This document shows positions 58,146-64,000 of a stretch of 64,000 nt of DNA, piece by piece. The position numbers and the translations under genes were made by a program. The stretch is from assembly GCA_020536535.1 (NCBI GenBank), contig JAHLWZ010000199.1:1-64000 (forward strand), read 5' to 3'. Every line of letters starts with the position of its first letter. Within the stretch, counting starts at the first letter, position 1. The notes beneath the pieces were generated by a model. It searched no databases. It was not told where the DNA came from and was given only the letters and a program-made list of their open reading frames with translations. Source of the stretch: Pelomyxa schiedti (Eukaryota > Protista > Evosea).

Positions 58146-58650
58146 TTATTTTTTTCCCCCTGTTGCCTTGTGAGACGACGGCTCCTTCACCTTTATTTGC
58201 AACGCCAAAGAAAAAACAACAGGTTGCTCTTGCAGGCAATGTACTTACAGAAATATTGCTCCATCTTGATAGCTTCAAGAACTTTTGCCTTAGAGTTCTG
58301 AATGACAATGCAGGCGTGTATGAACTTCTTGATGGCTTACATAAAGCCAGCATGAGAACAGGAAGCAAACATGGAAAAGATGGCAGAGGACGTTCCTACA
58401 ATGGAAGCAATCTAAAAGCTGTTTGCCCCACTATTTACCAACGTTTGCGGTGTTTTAACTCTGATGACTGCGGCATTTGCGATGTGCTGTTGTACTACTG
58501 CCTTCTTCAACTGGAACTTGTTCTCTGATGAGTAAACAAATGCCGCGACAGTCGTTAGGAGAAAAGATGAGTTGTTCTGTTAAATACATGTGACACCCAA
58601 ACAGCTTACACGGCTGATTGTGTGTTGATGGGAAAGGAGTTGTGGGATAC

Positions 58651-60802
58651 TCAGTCGACTTCCTCGATCTTGGGACCACCAGTCTTGGTTGCTCCACTGG
58701 ATGACGACGAAGGTGTTGTTCTGGGTGATGGGGTGGGTCCTGCTCCTCCAAAGTTGGGCATCTCTCCTCCTGGGAACCCTCCTGGCATTCCACCGGGCAT
58801 TCCTCCTGGCATCCCTCCGGGCATTCCGCCGGCTCCACTTGACTGGTACAGCTTGACCATGATAGGTTGCACAACGTCCTCCAGCTGCTTCATGCGGGAG
58901 TCATACTCTTCCTTGGTGGCCTGCTGATTGCTGTCTAGCCATTCAATAGCTTCTTTGCAAGCTTCCTCGAGCTGCAGAAAACGTCGTTAGGGTTATTCCA
59001 AGTGAAACGAGTAATAACAAGACATACTTTAGCTTTATCGTCTTCAGGTATCTTGGTGGCAATCTTTTCGTCCTTGATAGAGTTCTTCACTGAGTAGGCG
59101 TAGCTCTCCAAGTGATGCTTAGCATCAATGCGGCCTTTCTGTTCCTCGTCATCGGCCTTGTATTTCTCGGCATCGTGGAGCATGGAGTCGATTTGCTCTT
59201 TTGACAGTCGGCCTTTATCATTTGTGATAGTGATGTTGTTCTTCCGTCCAGTGGTTTTGTCTTCAGCTGTTACATTGAGAATTCCATTCGCGTCCACATC
59301 GAAGGTTACTTCAATCTGTGGCACTCCCCTTGGTGCCGGTGGAATTCCAGAGAGCTCGAACTTGCCCAGAAGGTTGCAATGCCTTGTCATTGCACGCTCA
59401 CCTTCATAAACTTGGATCAGCACACCAGGTTGGTTATCAGAATAGGTAGAGAAGATCTGGGACTTCTTGGTTGGTACAGTTGTATTCCTTGGGATGAGCG
59501 ATGTCATAACACCACCAGCAGTCTCTATGCCCAGCGTAAGGGGTGTCACGTCGAGCAACAGAAGATCCTGCACTTTTGCACCGCCCGCGCCTGTGAGTAT
59601 GGCAGCTTGGACTGCAGCACCATATGCAACGGCTTCGTCTGGGTTGACTGATTTGTTGAGCTCTTTGCCGTTGAAGAAGTCTTGTAGCAATTGTTGCACT
59701 TTCGGAATGCGAGTTGATCCTCCCACCAAAACAACATCATGGATTGAGCTCTTGTCAAGGCGTGTGTCGCGAAGTACTTTCTCAACTGGATCCAGAGTTG
59801 ATCGGAACAAGTCGATGTTCAACTCCTCGAATTTAGCCCTTGTGATCGTCGTGTAATAGTCAACTCCCTCAAATAGCTGGTCAACCTCTATGGACGCCTG
59901 GGCTTGCGAAGAAAGGGTTCTCTTAGCACGCTCGCAGGCAGTTCGCAGCCTCCTCAGAGCTCGAGCATTGCCACTCATGTCCTTGTTGTACCTCCTCTTG
60001 AAGTCCTTGGCAAAGAAGTCGACCATCCTGTTATCAAAGTCCTCGCCACCGAGATGGGTGTCACCTGATGTTGCCTTGACTTCAAAGACTCCCTCCTCAA
60101 TGGCCAGCAGAGACACATCAAACGTGCCGCCGCCCAAGTCGAAGATGAGGATGTTCCTCTCACCACCCTTTTTGTCCAGCCCATACGCAATAGCAGCAGC
60201 CGTGGGTTCGTTGATGATCCTGAGAACGTTGAGCCCAGCAATAGTGCCGGCGTCTTTAGTGGCCTGCCGCTGAGAGTCGTTGAAATATGCAGGGCATCTG
60301 TAAAATTGTTATTAGTCAAATCTGTCTCTCACAACTGCAACAAAAAAGAGACTTACGTTATAACAGCGTCCTTGACTGGCTTGCCCAAGTAGGATTCAGC
60401 AATCTCCTTCATCTTTGTGAGCACCATTGACGAGATTTCCTCAGGGGTGAAAGTCTTCGAGTCGCCGCGATACGCCACCTGGATCATGGGCTTGTCGCCC
60501 TTGTTGAGCACCTTGAACGGCCAGTGCTTCATGTCAGACTGCACAGAGGGGTCGCTGAAACGGCGCCCGATGAGCCGCTTGGCGTCAAACACGGTGTTCT
60601 CCACGTTCATCGCGATCTGGTTCTTCGCCGCGTCGCCAATGAGCCTCTCTTGGTCGGTGAATGCGACGTACGACGGCGTGACGCGGTTGCCTTGGTCATT
60701 CGCAATGATCTCAACTCGGTCGTTCTGCCACACGCCGACACAGGAATAAGTGGTGCCAAGATCGATGCCAACTGCCGGTGCTTTGCCTGTTGTTGTTGCC
60801 AT
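58651..60802 (-). CDS. HSP70: Cytosolic heat shock protein 70, 3 exons
   Basis: [49 protein letters not shown] repeats and a terminal EEVD. Introns at about 60298-60356 and 58973-59027. Confidence 0.98.
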
Positions 60803-60919
60803 TTTTTGTTGTTATTGCGGTCTTGTCTCTTTGGTTTGTGCTTTTTGATGCTTTGTATTTAATTGGGGAATCTGGTGGACCTACGAACTTGGCTTAAATG
60901 TGCTGGCACAGTTATTTGG

Positions 60920-60943
60920 GAAGATTCTCACGAAGTTCTTGAA
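60920..60943. promoter_or_regulatory. Possible imperfect heat-shock element upstream of HSP70
   Basis: GAAgaTTC and TTCttGAA pairs about 120 bp upstream of the ATG. The two pairs are out of phase by one base. Confidence 0.3.
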
Positions 60944-61159
60944 GAGATGCAAAGGAGATTTCCTTAGTTTTCCTTTGGTCTTTCCACAAGAAATAGAAAA
61001 TTGTTGGGCCCATTTCGAGGGTTGGAAGTGAAGAGCAGCCTACGGTTCCCCACATGTGTTTGTTTTGCGGAAAAAACGGATGGACAGAAGACATGTTTCT
61101 TTACACAATCAATATGTGTACAGTTGGTAATACAACAAGGGTTTTGTGGTGTGTGTTAA

Positions 61160-64000
61160 TTACAAATTGTGAGCGTGGGCAACTATCTCCTCAAAGGCTG
61201 GTCTTGCTGTGGGGTCACCATTCCAGCACACCTCCATCAGTTGTATATATTTCACATAGGATTCTGTTGGTTGGTGGTTTGTTCAGAGGTTAATGTCATT
61301 GGGGCACGAGCGGAATGGAGAAGGACACACGAGATGTGTTGTCTGGTATTGGCGGTCTTAGCCCTCTAATTATATCTGGAATCAGTTCGGCATCGGTCCG
61401 CTGCTCAAATGGGACTTTGCCGGTCATAATTTCCCACCTAAATCAAAGAAACGAAAGGGTGTACAAACAGGTAAGCGATTGGTACCTGAATAGAATGCTC
61501 AGATACATTACTATTGCAAACGAATAGGTGTCAGCTTTTTCGGTGTACATTGACTCGGCTAATACTTCTGGTGCGGCCCAACAAACTAAAAGAGAATCAG
61601 AAAAAGAGAAAAAAGCGGCTTCCATTTACCGGTCCCACAAACTGTCATAGTTTTGTTTACACTTTTAAATCTACTGAGACCAAAATCGCAAATCTATTGG
61701 AAACAGAGGGTGTGACAAGTGAGTGGTAGAGGTTTTTTTTTACCTTGATATCCCATTTTTTGTTAACCTTTTTTGTTGTTAGGCTTGTATTTAGTTTCTT
61801 ACTTCTCTGCTTGTTGCAGGGAAGAGCCTTCATACCAATACATTTGCGCATTTGAGGTCTCTATGGACAATAGCTGGTTTTCCTGTGTGAAGGAATAACA
61901 TCCCTTGTGCAATAGAACCAATGCAAAGCTTAATTTGATTCCATGAGAGTTTTTCTCCTTTATCCAGTATGCCCTTTTATTTTATTAGATTTGTGAAACT
62001 GTTTGGTTTACAGTACCCTTAAACTGCCAAGTTCCATAAACTCAGTAATGATACACATATTTGGTGGTTTAATGCAAGCACCCATAAAGAGAATTATACT
62101 ACTAGTGTAAGTTGCAGACAATAAAAGTAATGGGAAATACTTAGGGTGCCGCAATTCACTAAATGGGAAAAGTTACTACGGCCAGTGAAGTGGTAGAGAC
62201 TAACCTCATTAAAGCGATTTCCTTTAGTTGGTTGTGCCTTTCACTTTCAGAGTCACCTTCCCGCTGATTTAGTAGGCATTTGACAGCAACAGTTTGTCCT
62301 CGCCACTTAGCATACCACACCTCTCCAAAGTTGCCCTTGCCAATAACATGCAACAACTCAATTTCACTCCATTCGACTTGCCATCCCGAGGATTCCCCTG
62401 GTATAACCGCACTCTGGGAACTCGTTTGGCAAAGAAAAGTGGAGTTATAAAATCCAGTTGAATCGAATTCTCTGCAGTTGAGACCAAGAGGGACAAACTA
62501 TATTGATATAAGTGTAGTGGAGTAAGGGGGATAGAATAAAACTTGATAAAGTGTCTCGGAGTTAGAAAAACCCCGCAAATTGAATATTCCATAATTCCTG
62601 AAATCACCCAAGTCAGCAAGTTCCTTGTGCTGCTCTGATTTCTCTGCTTTACTCATTTCAAGACATATCTTTTGCATGTCTTCACTCAGAGTGATTTGTC
62701 CTCCCTTATGAGATGAGGATTGCACAGGTAATAAAAATAATACCTGGGCACAGGAAGATATTCTGGAGGCTTTATTCACGGTAGGCCCGAAGTAATCCAT
62801 TCTTTCTGAATCACAGTCAGGAGAAGGGGGATAAAAGACAAGCATACTTGACATTGGGTCCAAGTCGACATCTGGATGCCCATAGTGACATCCCATACGA
62901 ACTTGTAATCCACAGAAGCCAAGTTTACCATCTAAAAACATTGAACAGAAGAAAGTTGGGGGTAGTTCCGTACCAATTAGTTGCGGGGCACACAACGGGT
63001 TTTCAAGTAAAGCTGCATCCCAAGGAGCTAATGGTGATTAGTTGAAGAAACCAAATGAAGTGAAAGAAAACCATTCAATAAGGCGATTTGCGCCTCCACA
63101 CAAAAGCGAAGAGCTTTCAGTGGATTTTTAAAGGTCAACATAAACGCATCGCCTTCAGTTTTAGCTTCATAACCATTGTTTTCTCTGTATATTTTTCTGA
63201 TGATATTGTTGTGCAGTGCAAGTGCACGCTTCCTGTGGAATTTGTTTTAAAACAAGGTAATTTCAAAGGGGAGCAACATTATATTAGCCTCCCATTCCCA
63301 CAGGCTTGTTGAGCCCTTGATATCTAATACAAGTTTAAGTGAAGCAAACTTCTTTTCACACTTACCCGTAAAGACCAGAGCTACATTGCCGGTTGGTGCT
63401 TCAGCATTAGTGAAACTTTGTTCAACTTCCTAAAAAGAAGTGAATGTCAGCTTGTAACTAATTATTAATTACAATGAATTGGTTGAGTTGCGAATCCAAG
63501 TTTTCCCATTCCTTTAAAATTTGGGCGAAGCTGGGTCTCATTCTTTTTGGTAAGGTAAGTCCCTGGAGATGAGGTGAAAGAATGATACTCTGGAAGAGAA
63601 TTCCAGCATGCTTGCATAAGCTTCCCCACTGGTTCTACAACAGATGGTGGAATAGTCGGTCTGCCGAAAACAGTGAGTGGACATCCCAGGGTGGAAAAGG
63701 GTACCTTAAATTTTCAAGAGTCACTTTGTGTATCACTGTAAAAGGGTTTAAATTTTCATACAAGGGCTCTCGAGTGAAAATCTACAAAAAGTGTTACATT
63801 CTAAATTTATCAAATCAAGGAACAACCTCCCATAACAATATACCATAGGAGTACACATCCGATTTGGTTGTGTAGGGTGCTTTGTTAAGCACCTCAGGGG
63901 CAGCCCACTGCACAGAACTTAGTACTCTTTTTGAGCCAGCAACAAATATGGACATCCCGAAATCAGCAACCTAGAAGAAATAAAAAATTTCTAGAAAAGA
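61160..64000 (-). CDS. Dual TKL-type kinase with a central class III nucleotide cyclase (kinase-cyclase-kinase); 5' part outside the window
   Basis: Kinase 1: VADFGMS..WAAPE..SDVYSYG. Cyclase: VFTDIKGSTSLWE, YEAKTEGDAFM, VRMGCHYG, DYFGPTVNKASR. Kinase 2: IGKGNFGEV..VAVK..HRDLK..DFGLSR..WAAPE. Confidence 0.92.

Noticed and set aside
57938-58528. 196-aa ORF overlapping the tRNA
   Set aside because: It runs through the tRNA gene and is not preserved in copy A. The 58250-58528 part could be a gene fragment but cannot be supported.

Overview
This is gene-dense eukaryotic genomic DNA in the standard genetic code, with many very short (about 35-60 nt) GT-AG introns, degenerate donor sites and one 100-N assembly gap. 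Gene content and style point to an amoebozoan protist, most likely an archamoeba such as Pelomyxa. That assignment is an inference from a DymA-like dynamin, an HSP70 with TCPAYF, a kinase-cyclase-kinase gene and flagellar CFAP100. I spliced genes by hand and recovered about 20 protein-coding loci. Housekeeping genes are NEMF/Rqc2, FAM192A, INTS4, CFAP100, SAP30BP, UTP6, a dynamin-related protein and cytosolic HSP70. Signalling genes are a pseudokinase, a RhoGAP-RasGEF, a CH/coiled-coil protein and a kinase-cyclase-kinase. Accessory genes are a GH16/Tos1-like secreted protein, an actinoporin-like protein and a Crinkler-like NTPase-nuclease. An inverted segmental duplication of about 5 kb (18.85-23.55 kb versus 52.9-58.15 kb) starts exactly at a tRNA-Gln(UUG) gene present in both copies. 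The most notable observations are: (1) an F-box fused to a G-protein-beta-derived propeller that keeps the G-alpha-binding face; (2) a short mobile 'HPRCG...LPxxLLxxI' module shared by three unrelated protein types (four genes), a candidate lineage-specific ubiquitin-ligase adaptor; (3) a dynamin with a UBZ4-like zinc finger; (4) an actinoporin-like protein lacking the lipid-binding aromatic cluster. All family assignments come from motif recall, not database searches, and some gene ends are approximate.
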